A DNA stretch of 47,939 nt from an uncultured Oscillospiraceae bacterium (GCA_934527255.1 CAKTAM010000001.1:1-47939); one strand, 5' to 3'; shown: positions 16,376 to 26,730, numbered from the stretch's first letter. The notes: generated by a model from the letters alone, not told the origin. Numbers and translations: made by a program.

Positions 16376-17638
16376 ATGGATCGTTACGAAAGTGCAAAAG
16401 CGCGCTACGCTGCGCTGGGCGTTGACGTCGAGGCCGCCATGGCCAAGCTGGCCGCCAAGCCCATCAGTCTGCATTGCTGGCAGGGCGACGATGTTCGCGG
16501 CTTTGACCAGAAGACCGACGGCCCTCTGACCGGCGGCATTCAGACCACCGGCAACTATCCCGGCCGTGCCCGCACCCCGGAAGAGCTGATGGCTGATATG
16601 GACAAGGTGCTGGCCCTGTGCCCCGGCACCAAGAAGATCAACCTGCACGCCTGCTACGCCATTTTTGACGAGGAGAACCCCTGGGTCGACCGCGACAAGA
16701 TCGAGCCCAAGCACTTTGCAAAATGGGTGAAGTTCTGCAAGGAGCGCGGCCTGGGCGCCGACTTCAACCCCACCTTCTTCTCGCATCCCAAGTGCGACCC
16801 GCTTACCCTGTCCAGCCCCAACGAGGAGACCCGTAAGTTCTGGATCGAGCATGGTCGCGCCTGCATCCGCATCAGCCAGTATCTGGCCGAGGAGCTGGGT
16901 CAGCCCTGCGTGATGAACATCTGGACCGGCGACGGCTTCAAGGATATTCCGGCCGACCGCATCGGGCCCCGTGTGCGTTATAAGGAGTCGATCGACGCCA
17001 TTCTGGAAGAGCCGTACGACTTCAATATGGTCAAGCCCTGCATCGAATCCAAGGTGTTCGGCATCGGCGTAGAGGCCTACACGGCCGGCAGCGCCGAGTT
17101 TGCGCTCAGCTATGCGGCCATGAACAAGGATAAGTGCATCCCCCTGATGGACAACGGCCACTATCATCCCACCGAGGTGGTCAGCGACAAGATCCCCGCG
17201 CTGCTGGCTTTCTTCCCGGAGATCGCGCTGCATGTGACCCGCGGCGTCCGTTGGGACTCTGACCATGTTATCCTGATGGATGACGAGACCAAGGAGATCT
17301 GCAACGAGATCGTCCGCTGCGGCGGTATGGAGGGCAAGGTCGACATCGCTCTGGACTATTTCGACGCCTCCATCAACCGTGTGGCTGCCTGGACCATCGG
17401 CCTGCGCAATGTGCAGAAGTCGCTGCTGTTCGCTCTGCTGCAGCCCAATGACCGCCTGAAGGCCCTGCAGGATTCCAGCAACTTCACCGAGAAGATGATG
17501 CTGATGGAAGAGATGAAGACCATGCCGTTCGGCGATATCTGGGAGCATTACTGCACCACGCAGGGCGTGCCCGCCAACGACGAAGAGTGGTTTGCCGAGA
17601 TCAAAAAGTACGAGGATGAAGTCCTCTCCAAGCGTTGA
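16376..17638 (+). CDS. rhaA: L-rhamnose isomerase
   Basis: Typical RhaA N-terminus (YESAKARYAALGVDVEAAMAKLAAKPISLHCWQGDDVRGF) and length (420 aa); AAGGAG RBS. Confidence 0.93.
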   Translation: MDRYESAKARYAALGVDVEAAMAKLAAKPISLHCWQGDDVRGFDQKTDGPLTGGIQTTGNYPGRARTPEELMADMDKVLALCPGTKKINLHACYAIFDEENPWVDRDKIEPKHFAKWVKFCKERGLGADFNPTFFSHPKCDPLTLSSPNEETRKFWIEHGRACIRISQYLAEELGQPCVMNIWTGDGFKDIPADRIGPRVRYKESIDAILEEPYDFNMVKPCIESKVFGIGVEAYTAGSAEFALSYAAMNKDKCIPLMDNGHYHPTEVVSDKIPALLAFFPEIALHVTRGVRWDSDHVILMDDETKEICNEIVRCGGMEGKVDIALDYFDASINRVAAWTIGLRNVQKSLLFALLQPNDRLKALQDSSNFTEKMMLMEEMKTMPFGDIWEHYCTTQGVPANDEEWFAEIKKYEDEVLSKR

Positions 17639-17658
17639 GCACCGGCTTTGACCGGGCT

Positions 17659-17700
17659 GCGGCGGACGGGCGTCTTTGACGCCTGCCCGCCGCTTTTTTA
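17659..17700 (+). terminator. rho-independent terminator of rhaA
   Basis: GCGGCGGACGGGCG/CGCCTGCCCGCCGC stem followed by T6. Confidence 0.7.
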
Positions 17701-17820
17701 TGCGCCCATACAAATTCGCCGTTTTTGGTGGACAAACGACCGTAAAATTGTTACAATAAAACAATAACGGCGGCCCGCAGAGGGGCCGCCCCACAACAAG
17801 AAAAACGAAGAGGAAAAAGG

Positions 17821-20800
17821 ATGAAGCTACAACGGCAATGGAAACCGGCGCTGCTGCACAACGGGCAGGCGCTTTGGCCGACGCTGTATCTGACAGCGCT
17901 GGCCCTGTACGGGGCTGCCCCATGGAAGGTGCAGCCCATTACGGCATTTGACCGCGTGATGGGGGCTGCCACGGCGGCCGGGGTGCAGGTATCGGGCCGC
18001 ACCGGCGGCGCGCTGCTGGTGCTGCTGGTGCAGGCGCCGCTGCTGGCGCTGGCGTTCTGGTGGCTGGTCTCGCTGTGCCTGCAGGAGAAAAAGGCTGCGC
18101 CGAACACGGCGCATGGCCCGCAGCTTGCGCCGTTGATCAGCGTGTGCAGCGGCATGGGCCTGTGTCTGCTGGCGGCGGTGTATGTACAGAGCTTCGGCGG
18201 GGAGGAGCCCGTGCCGTTCACGTTGGCACAGTCGGTGGCGCTGACCATTGTTACGGCGCTTCTGGTATGGTGCGCATTTCGCCGGGCGCTGCCCCCGCGG
18301 GTGCAGACGGTCGCGCCGCAGACGGTGTGGCGCGGGCTGCTGTGCGCGCTGCCGCTGACGTTTGTGCAGGATCTGGTGATCGGCTGGGGTATGCCGCTGG
18401 CCTATCAATACGCCTTTGCGGCGGTGCTGGTGGTGGGCAGCTGCATGCTGTTCACCCTGTGCCGCCCGCTGCAGGCGCGCCAGCGGGCGATGACCGCTGC
18501 CGGGCTGCCGCTGCTGCTGTGTCTGCCTGCGGTGCTGCTGTATCTGGAGCTGACGCAGATCCTCAACCAGTACGGGGTTCAGCTGGGCGATCGCCGCCTG
18601 CCGGTCACGGCCATTGCGGCGGCCTGTGCCGCCGCGGCTGCTGCGGTGTTTGCCGTGCAGGCCCGCCGCCCGGATGCGCTTCGCCCCGCGGAAAAGGATT
18701 GGAAAAGGCTGTGGTATCCGCTGCTGCTGGTCAGCCTGTCGCTGCTGGCTGCTCAGCCGGAGCTGCAAAGCTATGTCAGCAGCGATTTCTTCGAGCGCGC
18801 CAACGGCGCCGTCAGCATCAGCGGCTTTCTGAACTTCGGGCAGCTTCCGGCGGTGGAGACCCACGGTGCGCACATGCTCAGCGACTATGTGGGCGGCATT
18901 TTCTGGGGGCTGGTCAACGGCGATTCGCTGGCCGCCTGCTTTACATCGTACAGCGGCATTTCGCTGGCGCTGACAACGCTGGTGTTTTATGCGCTGCTGC
19001 GCAGCTGCATTGGGACGGATGCCGCCTTTGCGGCCGCGCTGCTGCTGCCCATTACCGGCATCAACCTCGGCGACTGGTACGCGCATCTGTCCTACCTTCC
19101 GGCGCTGGCGCTGGTGTGGCTGCTGCAAAAGAAAAGCTTTGGCCGCTATGCGGCGTTCTGGGCCAGCGCCGCGTTTTCGGTGCTGTATCGGGGCGACGTT
19201 GGGCTGGCGGTAGGGCTGTCGGCCGTGGCGGTGCTGCTGATACATACCGCGCTGCAAAAAAGCGGGCGCGAGTGGAAGTGCTTCTGCCTTGGCGGGCTTG
19301 CCGTGGGCGGCCCTCTGGCGGCGCTTCTGGCGGTGCTTTGCCTCGCGCGGGGCATTTCGCCCCTGTCCCGCCTGTGGGAGTTTTTGCAGCTGATGGCGTT
19401 TTCCAACCAGAACTGGGCGTATGAGAAGATCGGCACGGTCGGTACGGCCGGGCTGGTATGGACGTATCTGGTCACGCCGGTGCTGATACTGGCGCTGCTG
19501 GCCGCCGCGCTGCTGCGGGTGCGGCGGGGCGCGCAGACGACCGCGGCGCATTGGCTGTTTTATGTGTTTGCGGGCGGGTACTTTCTCAATTTTCCCCGCA
19601 CGCTGGTGCGGCATTCGCTGATGGAGAATATCCCTGTCTACTGCCTGTCGGTCGGTGTGTGGGCGCTGGCGCTGGGGCTGTGGCTGCTGTGGAAGACCCC
19701 TGCACCCGCCGCCCGCAGCGGCCGTGTGGCGCTGCCGCTGCTGCTGATGACGGCGATCATGCTCAGCAGCGCGCTGTTTGATTCCGGCCTGACCGTCGGC
19801 ACCAGCCTTGTCGACAGGGTATATGCACGTTTTGCCGACGGACAGATCATTGATTATCAGCTGATCGACGCCGACGGCAGCGTGACCCGTGTGCGTACGG
19901 TGGAGCAGCCCATGCCGCGTGTGGTGCTTTCGGAATGGATGCAGTCGGTCTATCAGCCGCTGCAGGCCGAGATGGATCGTCTGCTGGGCGACGGCGAGAC
20001 CTGGCTGGATTTCACCAACCAGAGCACGCTGTATGCCATTTTGGGGCGGCCCAGCCCGGTGTTTGTCAACCAGAGCCCCGGCCTGTTAAGCGGCGAATAT
20101 ACCCAGCAGGCGTTTATAGAAGAGATCGAGGCGCAGGCCGAGCGTGTGCCGGTGGCGCTGCTGCCGCAGTCGGACGTTCTGCTGAGCTTCTCGCTGGACG
20201 GCGTGCCCAATGCGCTGCGCTATTACCGCGTGGCCGAGTATATTTATACCCATTATACGCCATACGAAACGGTGGGCCGCTTTGCCATCTGGGTGCGCAA
20301 TGGCTGGCAGCCCCCGCAGGAGGGTGCTGCGGCAGAGGCGAGCCTGCAGGCGGATTTCAGCCGTCTGCAGCCGGTCAATGCCAGCATTCAGACCGAAAAC
20401 GGGGTGCTGACGGTGCAGCCGACAGCGGAGGATCCCCAGCTGCACCGCTTTGAAACGGTGCTGAACGGCGCGGCCGACGGTGAAACACTGAACCTGACGC
20501 TGGAGTATACCAGCGGGGCGGACGGCGTGCTGCAGCTGTTTTATGCACAGCCCAACCGCAATTTCGAAGAGGAAAGCTCCGTGCGCGCTGCCGTGCAGAA
20601 AACCGACAGTGCCCGTACGGTGACGCTTTCCATCCCATGGAACCGGTCGTACCGGCTGCGGCTGGATACGCCGGATCACACAGCGTTTACCATCCAATCG
20701 GTATCCGTCGCGCAAAGCGCGGCGACGCTGTGCGGGTACGACTATGCCGGGCATGACCAGGCGCATGTGTATCCCATGGGCGAGATTGCCCGTTTGTGGG

Positions 20801-21153
20801 GCATGGCCGATACGGCCCATGCTGCCGAAAACCCGGAGTCCGCGGCGCTGGTGGCACTGGGCGGCGGCCGGTACGATGTGCCCGCCCGGGCGCTGGGCGG
20901 CGAAAAGGGCCGGTATGTCAAGCTGGTGCTGACCGGTGGGGAGGAGGAGACCACCGCCACGCTGTCCCTGTGCCGCAGAGAGGGCAGCGCGGCAAGCCTG
21001 GCCGATTTCACCTTTACCGTTGCGCCGGGCACGGCGGTATATCTGGTGCGCGTCAGCTGCGACAGCTACTGGTATTCCGGCATGGTCGATACGCTGCAGC
21101 TGTCCGCCGCCGGTGTGCAGGTGGAAAGCATTGCCCTGCTGGAGGGCGATTGA
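17821..21153 (+). CDS. very large polytopic membrane protein (about 18-20 predicted TM segments over ~650 aa) with a ~440-aa hydrophilic C-terminal domain; function unknown
   Basis: Single 1110-aa ORF with a GAGGAAAAAGG RBS. Hydrophobic segments alternate with short loops up to about aa 660, then a soluble domain. No catalytic motif recognised by eye. Confidence 0.85.
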   Translation: MKLQRQWKPALLHNGQALWPTLYLTALALYGAAPWKVQPITAFDRVMGAATAAGVQVSGRTGGALLVLLVQAPLLALAFWWLVSLCLQEKKAAPNTAHGPQLAPLISVCSGMGLCLLAAVYVQSFGGEEPVPFTLAQSVALTIVTALLVWCAFRRALPPRVQTVAPQTVWRGLLCALPLTFVQDLVIGWGMPLAYQYAFAAVLVVGSCMLFTLCRPLQARQRAMTAAGLPLLLCLPAVLLYLELTQILNQYGVQLGDRRLPVTAIAAACAAAAAAVFAVQARRPDALRPAEKDWKRLWYPLLLVSLSLLAAQPELQSYVSSDFFERANGAVSISGFLNFGQLPAVETHGAHMLSDYVGGIFWGLVNGDSLAACFTSYSGISLALTTLVFYALLRSCIGTDAAFAAALLLPITGINLGDWYAHLSYLPALALVWLLQKKSFGRYAAFWASAAFSVLYRGDVGLAVGLSAVAVLLIHTALQKSGREWKCFCLGGLAVGGPLAALLAVLCLARGISPLSRLWEFLQLMAFSNQNWAYEKIGTVGTAGLVWTYLVTPVLILALLAAALLRVRRGAQTTAAHWLFYVFAGGYFLNFPRTLVRHSLMENIPVYCLSVGVWALALGLWLLWKTPAPAARSGRVALPLLLMTAIMLSSALFDSGLTVGTSLVDRVYARFADGQIIDYQLIDADGSVTRVRTVEQPMPRVVLSEWMQSVYQPLQAEMDRLLGDGETWLDFTNQSTLYAILGRPSPVFVNQSPGLLSGEYTQQAFIEEIEAQAERVPVALLPQSDVLLSFSLDGVPNALRYYRVAEYIYTHYTPYETVGRFAIWVRNGWQPPQEGAAAEASLQADFSRLQPVNASIQTENGVLTVQPTAEDPQLHRFETVLNGAADGETLNLTLEYTSGADGVLQLFYAQPNRNFEEESSVRAAVQKTDSARTVTLSIPWNRSYRLRLDTPDHTAFTIQSVSVAQSAATLCGYDYAGHDQAHVYPMGEIARLWGMADTAHAAENPESAALVALGGGRYDVPARALGGEKGRYVKLVLTGGEEETTATLSLCRREGSAASLADFTFTVAPGTAVYLVRVSCDSYWYSGMVDTLQLSAAGVQVESIALLEGD

Positions 21154-21431
21154 CGGCTTCTCAAAAAACGCCCGAAAAAGCGCTGTCAGGGACTGACCGG
21201 CGTCCGCTTTCCGTGCGGGAAACAAAGGCAGCAAGCGGCACATTGCCGCAGAGGACGCTTTGCCGACCGTTTGACGCGAGGCGCAAATGCACCGGGTTGC
21301 CTGCCGGGTGAAAGCGCCAAAAAGGCGCGGCGGCTTCCTGTGCCAGATGGGCGGCAGCCTTGAAAAAAGCAAAACGAAAAGCACGCTTTCCGCCGCAGAA
21401 AGCGGCGAACCGTAAAAGACGGACGGAAAAC

Positions 21432-21475
21432 AAAAAAGCCTCCCTGTGCAGAAGAACAGAACTGCACAGGGAGGC
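21432..21475 (-). terminator. rho-independent terminator of dusB (can act bidirectionally)
   Basis: GCCTCCCTGTGCAG/CTGCACAGGGAGGC 14-bp stem, followed by U6 on the minus strand. Confidence 0.7.
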
Positions 21476-21544
21476 TTTGTACTATCCGGAAAATCGTGCT
21501 AAAACAAAAAGTCAGAGCCGGAGATCCTGCCAGGTCGGCCGCGG

Positions 21545-22540
21545 TCATTCCCCGGCCGGTTCCTCCGGGGCTTCGCGGTTCATCTCCAGTGCGGTACGGC
21601 ACAGGGCCTCTACATCGGCATACACCGTCAGGCTGGTGGTCAGCGCGCGCAGCCGCGCCGCGCCGCGCAGACCCTTCATGTAAAAGGCGGCCTGTGTGCG
21701 TGCCTGCCGCATGGCGACGGCCTCGCCCTTGTCTTCGCACATGCCGCGCACCTGTCGGCACAGCAGGGCCAGACGATCCTCCAGCGTGGGGGCGGGCGGC
21801 AGCGGCTGCCCGCCCAGCGCCGCGGCGATCTCGCCAAAAAGCCACAGGTTGCCCAGCGCGCCGCGCCCGATCATCACTCCGGCGCAACCGGTGGCCTGCT
21901 GCAGGGCAAGGGCATCGGCCGCGCACACAATGTCGCCGTTGCCCAGCACCGGCACCGAGACGGCCTGCACCACGCGGGCGATCTGCTCGGGATGGATGGG
22001 CGGCGTATATTGCTGGTCGCGGCTGCGCCCGTGCACCACGATCAGCTGCGCTCCGGCCGCCTCGCAGTGGCGGGCCACCTCCGGTGCGTTCAGCTGCTCC
22101 GCGTCGTAGCCGGTGCGCATTTTCACCGTAATGGGCAGCCCGCAGTCCGCCATGGCCTGCACCAACCGGCCGCACAGCGCCGGGTCGCGCATCAGAGCGC
22201 TGCCGCTGCCGCTGCCGACGATCTTCGGGGCGGGGCAGCCCAGGTTCAGGTCCAGAAAATCGGGGTGGAATTCCTCCTTCAGCAGGGCGGCGGCCTGCGC
22301 CAGCACCTCCGGCTCGCAGCCAAACAGCTGAATGCCGTACAGCCCCTGTCCGCCGGTGGGGCGGCACAGGGTACGGGTCTTTTCGTCCCCCATGACCAGC
22401 GCCTTGGCGCTGACCATTTCGCTGACGGTAAACGCCGCGCCGTGCTCATCGGCAAGGCGGCGCAGGGGATAGTCGGTCAGCCCCGCCATGGGGGCCAGTG
22501 CCGCGCCGTTCAGGCGGCGTCCGGCCAGTGTATATGCCAT
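21545..22540 (-). CDS. dusB: tRNA-dihydrouridine synthase
   Basis: LAPMAGLTDYPLRRL, DLNLGCP, VTVKMRTG, VHGRSRDQQY (Dus/TIM-barrel FMN motifs). Confidence 0.9.
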   Translation of the reverse strand: MAYTLAGRRLNGAALAPMAGLTDYPLRRLADEHGAAFTVSEMVSAKALVMGDEKTRTLCRPTGGQGLYGIQLFGCEPEVLAQAAALLKEEFHPDFLDLNLGCPAPKIVGSGSGSALMRDPALCGRLVQAMADCGLPITVKMRTGYDAEQLNAPEVARHCEAAGAQLIVVHGRSRDQQYTPPIHPEQIARVVQAVSVPVLGNGDIVCAADALALQQATGCAGVMIGRGALGNLWLFGEIAAALGGQPLPPAPTLEDRLALLCRQVRGMCEDKGEAVAMRQARTQAAFYMKGLRGAARLRALTTSLTVYADVEALCRTALEMNREAPEEPAGE

Positions 22541-22600
22541 AAAAGAAAACCTCAGCTTTTGGGATTGGTTGCAGACGGGCGGCCAGAGAGGCGCGCCCGG

Positions 22601-23080
22601 TCAGGCGTCCGGATGGCCGGGCAGCCGGCGCCGCAGGTCGCGGCGCAGGGCGCGCAGCTTACGCAGCATATCGCACAGCGCCCATACCAGGCCGCTGCCC
22701 GCGGCAATGGCCAGCGCAATCTGCAGGGTGTCCGCACCATAGGCGCGCGCGCCCGCCCAGTCGTTCTGCATGACGGCGTACATGGTGTAGTACAGGCTGC
22801 TGCCGGGGATCAGCGGCAGCACGGCCGGAATGAAAAAGACGGTGGAGGGCGCCTTGCACAGCCGGGCCAGCAGCTCGGCATACAGCGCGCCTGCGGCTGT
22901 CGCCAGCAGGCAGGGCACAAAAAGCCCGCCCAGTCGGCCGGTGGCCAGCAGATAGACGCCCCAGCAGAAAGAGCTGCCCAGCGCCGCAGGCACCAGCAGC
23001 GCGGCGCGCAGGCGAAAGACCATGCAGAACCCCAGCGAGCCGGAAAGGGCCATGGCAAGCTGTATCCACGGTGAAGTCAT
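22601..23080 (-). CDS. threonine/serine exporter family protein, small subunit (YjjB-like)
   Basis: Four- to five-TM 159-aa protein with the typical PLIPGSSLYYTM segment. AGGAGG RBS. Immediately downstream of the YjjP-like partner. Confidence 0.85.
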   Translation of the reverse strand: MTSPWIQLAMALSGSLGFCMVFRLRAALLVPAALGSSFCWGVYLLATGRLGGLFVPCLLATAAGALYAELLARLCKAPSTVFFIPAVLPLIPGSSLYYTMYAVMQNDWAGARAYGADTLQIALAIAAGSGLVWALCDMLRKLRALRRDLRRRLPGHPDA

Positions 23081-23084
23081 GTGC

Positions 23085-23894
23085 TCAGCCTCCTGTCAGC
23101 CGAATGGCGATCATAAAGCCGCAGGCCAGAATACCGGCCCACAGCAGGCTTTCGATCAGGCGCATCAGCCCGGCGATGGTATCGCCCGCCAGAATGTCGC
23201 GCAGGGCGTTTGTCATGGCCAGCCCGGGGATCAGCAGCATGATGTCGCCGATCATCACCTTGTCGGCGTGCAGCGTGGGCAGCAGGGCGCACAGGCCGCA
23301 GATGCCCAGCCCGCTGAGCAGGGCGGCCAGCAGGTCAAACACCACAAGGTTCAGGCAAAGCGGGGCCAGCTTCTGCTTCAACAGGCAGATGCCCAGCGCC
23401 ACCAGCGCGGCGGCCAGCGCATCCGTCAGGCTGCCCCCAAAAAACACCGTCAGGCTGCCGGTGCCCAGCGCGCTGCCAAGGTACAGCGGCAGACGGCGCA
23501 CCGGCGCCTGCAGCAGGGCCTGAAGCTGACGGTGCAGCTCGGCCGGGGGCAGCGGCCGGGCGCAGCAGCGGCGGCTCAGCGCGTTCATTTCCTCCAGCAG
23601 GCGGAAATCCGTGCTGGCGACATTGTTGACGCGGCGGGTCTGCGTCTGCTCCTGTCCGTCGGGAAAAACCATGGTGACGATCACGCTGGAGGTGATGACA
23701 AACACCTCCATGCGCGCGGCCCCGTAGGCCCTGCCCAGGCGCATCAGGGTATCCTCCACCCGGTTAATCTCCGCCCCGGCCACCAGCATGACGGCGGCAA
23801 TGTCCAGCAGCTCGCTCAGCAGCGCGCGGGCATCCTCAGCCGAAAGGAAAACAGCGGGCGTATCTGCGGCGGCCCGGGCCGGTGTGTTGCTCAT
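23085..23894 (-). CDS. threonine/serine exporter family protein, large subunit (YjjP/DUF1212-like)
   Basis: LLDIAAVMLVAGAEINRVEDTLMRLGRAYG is the DUF1212 signature. ATG 23894 (GAGGTG 6 nt upstream) is preferred over the GTG at 23903. Confidence 0.85.
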   Translation of the reverse strand: MSNTPARAAADTPAVFLSAEDARALLSELLDIAAVMLVAGAEINRVEDTLMRLGRAYGAARMEVFVITSSVIVTMVFPDGQEQTQTRRVNNVASTDFRLLEEMNALSRRCCARPLPPAELHRQLQALLQAPVRRLPLYLGSALGTGSLTVFFGGSLTDALAAALVALGICLLKQKLAPLCLNLVVFDLLAALLSGLGICGLCALLPTLHADKVMIGDIMLLIPGLAMTNALRDILAGDTIAGLMRLIESLLWAGILACGFMIAIRLTGG

Positions 23895-24179
23895 CCAGTT
23901 CACCTCGTTGGCGGCGCAGCGCCAGAACGGGGCGCAGCGTCGGCCGGAATACCTTTATTTTACCACACTTGCCGTCCGCTGCCAACGGCAAAATACGGCG
24001 GCGGCGTTTTTTGGTGCGGCGCTCAAAAAAGTGGGCCGTTCGCCTACCGCTTTCGGCTGACTTGTGGTATACTAAACCATGTATACGGCAAAAAGCAGGG
24101 CAGCGAAGCTGCCGCACAAAACGCGCCGCCGCAGGGCAGTGCGGCTGCGCCGAACACAACAGAAAGGCAGGTTTTCGAA

Positions 24180-26726
24180 ATGAAGCTGCTGGTGCTTGAC
24201 GGCAACAGCCTGGTCAACCGGGCGTTTTACGGCATTAAACTGCTGACCACCCGCGACGGGCGCTATACCAATGCCATTTACGGCTTTCTCAATATTCTCA
24301 TGAAGCTGCGCGAGCAGGAGTCTCCGGATGCGGTGGCCATCGCCTTTGACCTCAAGGCGCCGACCTTCCGACACAAAATGTACGACGGCTACAAAGCGCA
24401 GCGCAAGGCCATGCCGGAGGAGCTGGCGCAGCAGATGCCGGTGCTCAAGCAGCTGCTGGCGGCGCTGGGTTACCGGTGTGTTTCGGCCGAGGGGTGGGAG
24501 GCCGACGACATTCTGGGCACGCTGGCGGCGGCCTGCGAGGCCGACGGCGGCAACTGCGTGCTGGCGACCGGCGACCGCGACAGCCTGCAGCTGATTACCG
24601 CGCACACCCGCGTGCTGCTGGCGACCACCCGCGAGGCCGTCCCCATGACGGTGGAAAGCGTACAGGAAAAATACGGCGTCTCGCCCCGGCAGCTGATCGG
24701 TGTCAAGGCGCTGATGGGCGACGCCTCCGACAACATCCCCGGCGTGGCGGGCGTGGGCGAAAAAACCGCGCTGGCGCTCATCTCCCGCTTCGGCACGCTG
24801 GACGGTGTGTACGCGCATCTGGAGGATGCGGCCATCCGCCCGGCGGTGCGCGCCAAGCTGGAGAAGGACCGCGAGCAGGCATATATGAGCCGCACGCTGG
24901 CAGAGATCGTCACCAACGCGCCGGTGCCGCTCTCCGCACAGGAGTACCGCGTGGCGCAGCCGGATGCGGCCGCGGCGACCGCGCTGCTCACCTCGCTGGA
25001 GATGTATTCGCAGATAGAAAAGCTGGGCCTTGCCGTGCAGCAGACGGGCATGGAGCAGCTGCTGGCCGCCGACGGCGGCGAGGCGCTGCCGCAGGTGACG
25101 GCACAGCCGCTGCCCATGCAGGGCCTGTGCGGCCGCTGGTATCTGCTGGCGCAGGGCAGCACGGTGTGGGTGCTGCAGGATCGGACGGTTTTCACCGCCG
25201 CGGAAAACGACCCGGCGCTGGCAGCGCTGCTGGCCGACGCCGACATTGAAAAATACTGCTTTGATGCCAAGCATTTTGCCCATCTGGCGCTGGCGGCGGG
25301 CAAAACGGCGCAGGGCATTGCTTTTGACGGCCTGCTGGCGGCCTATCTGCTGGATCCTGCCGCCAACGGCTATGCGCCGGAGCCTCTGGCCGCCCATTAT
25401 CGGGTGCAGCCGCAGTGGGCGTGCCCGCAGGCGGAGAGTCCGGCCCCGGCGCTGGCACAGGCCACGCTGGAGGCCCTGCGGGAGAATTGCCGACAGAAGG
25501 AGATGCTGGCACTGCACGACGACATCGAGCTGCCGCTGGCGGGGGTACTGGCGGGCATGGAGCAGGACGGCTTCGCCGTCGACCGCAATGGGCTGACGGC
25601 CTTCGGCGAAGAAATTCGCGAAAAGCTCAACGGACACCTGCAGGCCATTTACGGGATGGTCGGGCACGAGTTCAACCTCAATTCGCCCAAACAGCTGGGC
25701 GAGGTGCTGTTTGACGAGCTGGGCCTGCCCACGCGCAAAAAAACCAAGAGCGGCTATTCCACCAACGCCGAAACGCTGGAAAGCCTGCGCCGCTATCACC
25801 CGGTAGTGGAGGAGATCCTGCAGTACCGCGTGTACCAGAAGCTGGATTCGACCTATGTGGCGGGGCTGCTGAAAAAAATCGGCCCGGACGGCCGCATCCA
25901 TTCCACTTTCAACCAGACCGAGACCCGCACCGGCCGCATTTCCTCCGGCGAGCCCAACCTGCAGAACATTCCGGTGCGCACGCCGCTGGGCAGCCAGATG
26001 CGCCGCTTTTTTGTGGCGGCCCCGGGCAGGGTACTGGTGGATGCCGACTATTCGCAGATCGAGCTGCGGCTGCTGGCGCACATCAGCGGGGACGAGGCCA
26101 TGCGCCAGGCGTTTGTGACCGGGGCGGATATCCACCGCTCGACGGCGGCCAAGGTGTACAATATGCCCGAGGAGCTGATCACCCCGGCGCTGCGCTCCTC
26201 GGCCAAGGCGGTCAATTTCGGCATTGTGTACGGCATCGGCGCGTTCAGCCTGGCGCGCGATATCGGCGTTTCCGTAAAAGAGGCGGACGCCTTCATCAAA
26301 AATTATTTTGCCAGCTTTCCCCGTGTGAAGGAATATATGGACAAGACCATTGCACAGGGCCGCGAGCAGGGCTATGTGACCACGCTGTACCATCGCCGCC
26401 GCAGCCTGCCGGAGCTTGCCAGCAGCAACCACAACGTGCGCGCGTTGGGTGAGCGCATGGCCATGAACACCCCCATACAGGGCACGGCGGCGGACATCAT
26501 CAAAATTGCCATGGTGCGCGTGGCGCACCGGCTGGCAGCCGAGGGGCTGGCGGCCCGGCTGATCCTGCAGGTGCATGACGAGCTGATCGTCGAATGCCCC
26601 GAAAGCGAGCAGGCGGCGGTGTGCGCCCTGCTGCAGCAGGAGATGGAAAACGCGGCGCAGCTGTCCGTGCCGCTGAAGGCGGATGTCCACACCGGCACAA
26701 GCTGGTATGAAGCAAAAGGAGAGTGA
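24180..26726 (+). CDS. polA: DNA polymerase I
   Basis: 5'-nuclease domain (MKLLVLDGNSLVNRAFY..., GDRDSLQL, GVAGVGEKTA) and family-A polymerase motifs (DYSQIELRLLA, RSSAKAVNFGIVYG, QVHDELIVE). The ORF-track N-terminal extension overlaps the opposite-strand exporter genes and is spurious. Confidence 0.95.
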   Translation: MKLLVLDGNSLVNRAFYGIKLLTTRDGRYTNAIYGFLNILMKLREQESPDAVAIAFDLKAPTFRHKMYDGYKAQRKAMPEELAQQMPVLKQLLAALGYRCVSAEGWEADDILGTLAAACEADGGNCVLATGDRDSLQLITAHTRVLLATTREAVPMTVESVQEKYGVSPRQLIGVKALMGDASDNIPGVAGVGEKTALALISRFGTLDGVYAHLEDAAIRPAVRAKLEKDREQAYMSRTLAEIVTNAPVPLSAQEYRVAQPDAAAATALLTSLEMYSQIEKLGLAVQQTGMEQLLAADGGEALPQVTAQPLPMQGLCGRWYLLAQGSTVWVLQDRTVFTAAENDPALAALLADADIEKYCFDAKHFAHLALAAGKTAQGIAFDGLLAAYLLDPAANGYAPEPLAAHYRVQPQWACPQAESPAPALAQATLEALRENCRQKEMLALHDDIELPLAGVLAGMEQDGFAVDRNGLTAFGEEIREKLNGHLQAIYGMVGHEFNLNSPKQLGEVLFDELGLPTRKKTKSGYSTNAETLESLRRYHPVVEEILQYRVYQKLDSTYVAGLLKKIGPDGRIHSTFNQTETRTGRISSGEPNLQNIPVRTPLGSQMRRFFVAAPGRVLVDADYSQIELRLLAHISGDEAMRQAFVTGADIHRSTAAKVYNMPEELITPALRSSAKAVNFGIVYGIGAFSLARDIGVSVKEADAFIKNYFASFPRVKEYMDKTIAQGREQGYVTTLYHRRRSLPELASSNHNVRALGERMAMNTPIQGTAADIIKIAMVRVAHRLAAEGLAARLILQVHDELIVECPESEQAAVCALLQQEMENAAQLSVPLKADVHTGTSWYEAKGE

Positions 26727-26730
26727 GCGT

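Noticed and set aside
23022-24179. 386-codon N-terminal extension of the polA ORF in the track.
   Set aside because: It overlaps the two opposite-strand ThrE-family genes and has nonsense-like composition. The canonical PolA N-terminus MKLLVLDGNSL begins at 24180, behind an extended -10 element (TGGTATACT, 24065-24073).
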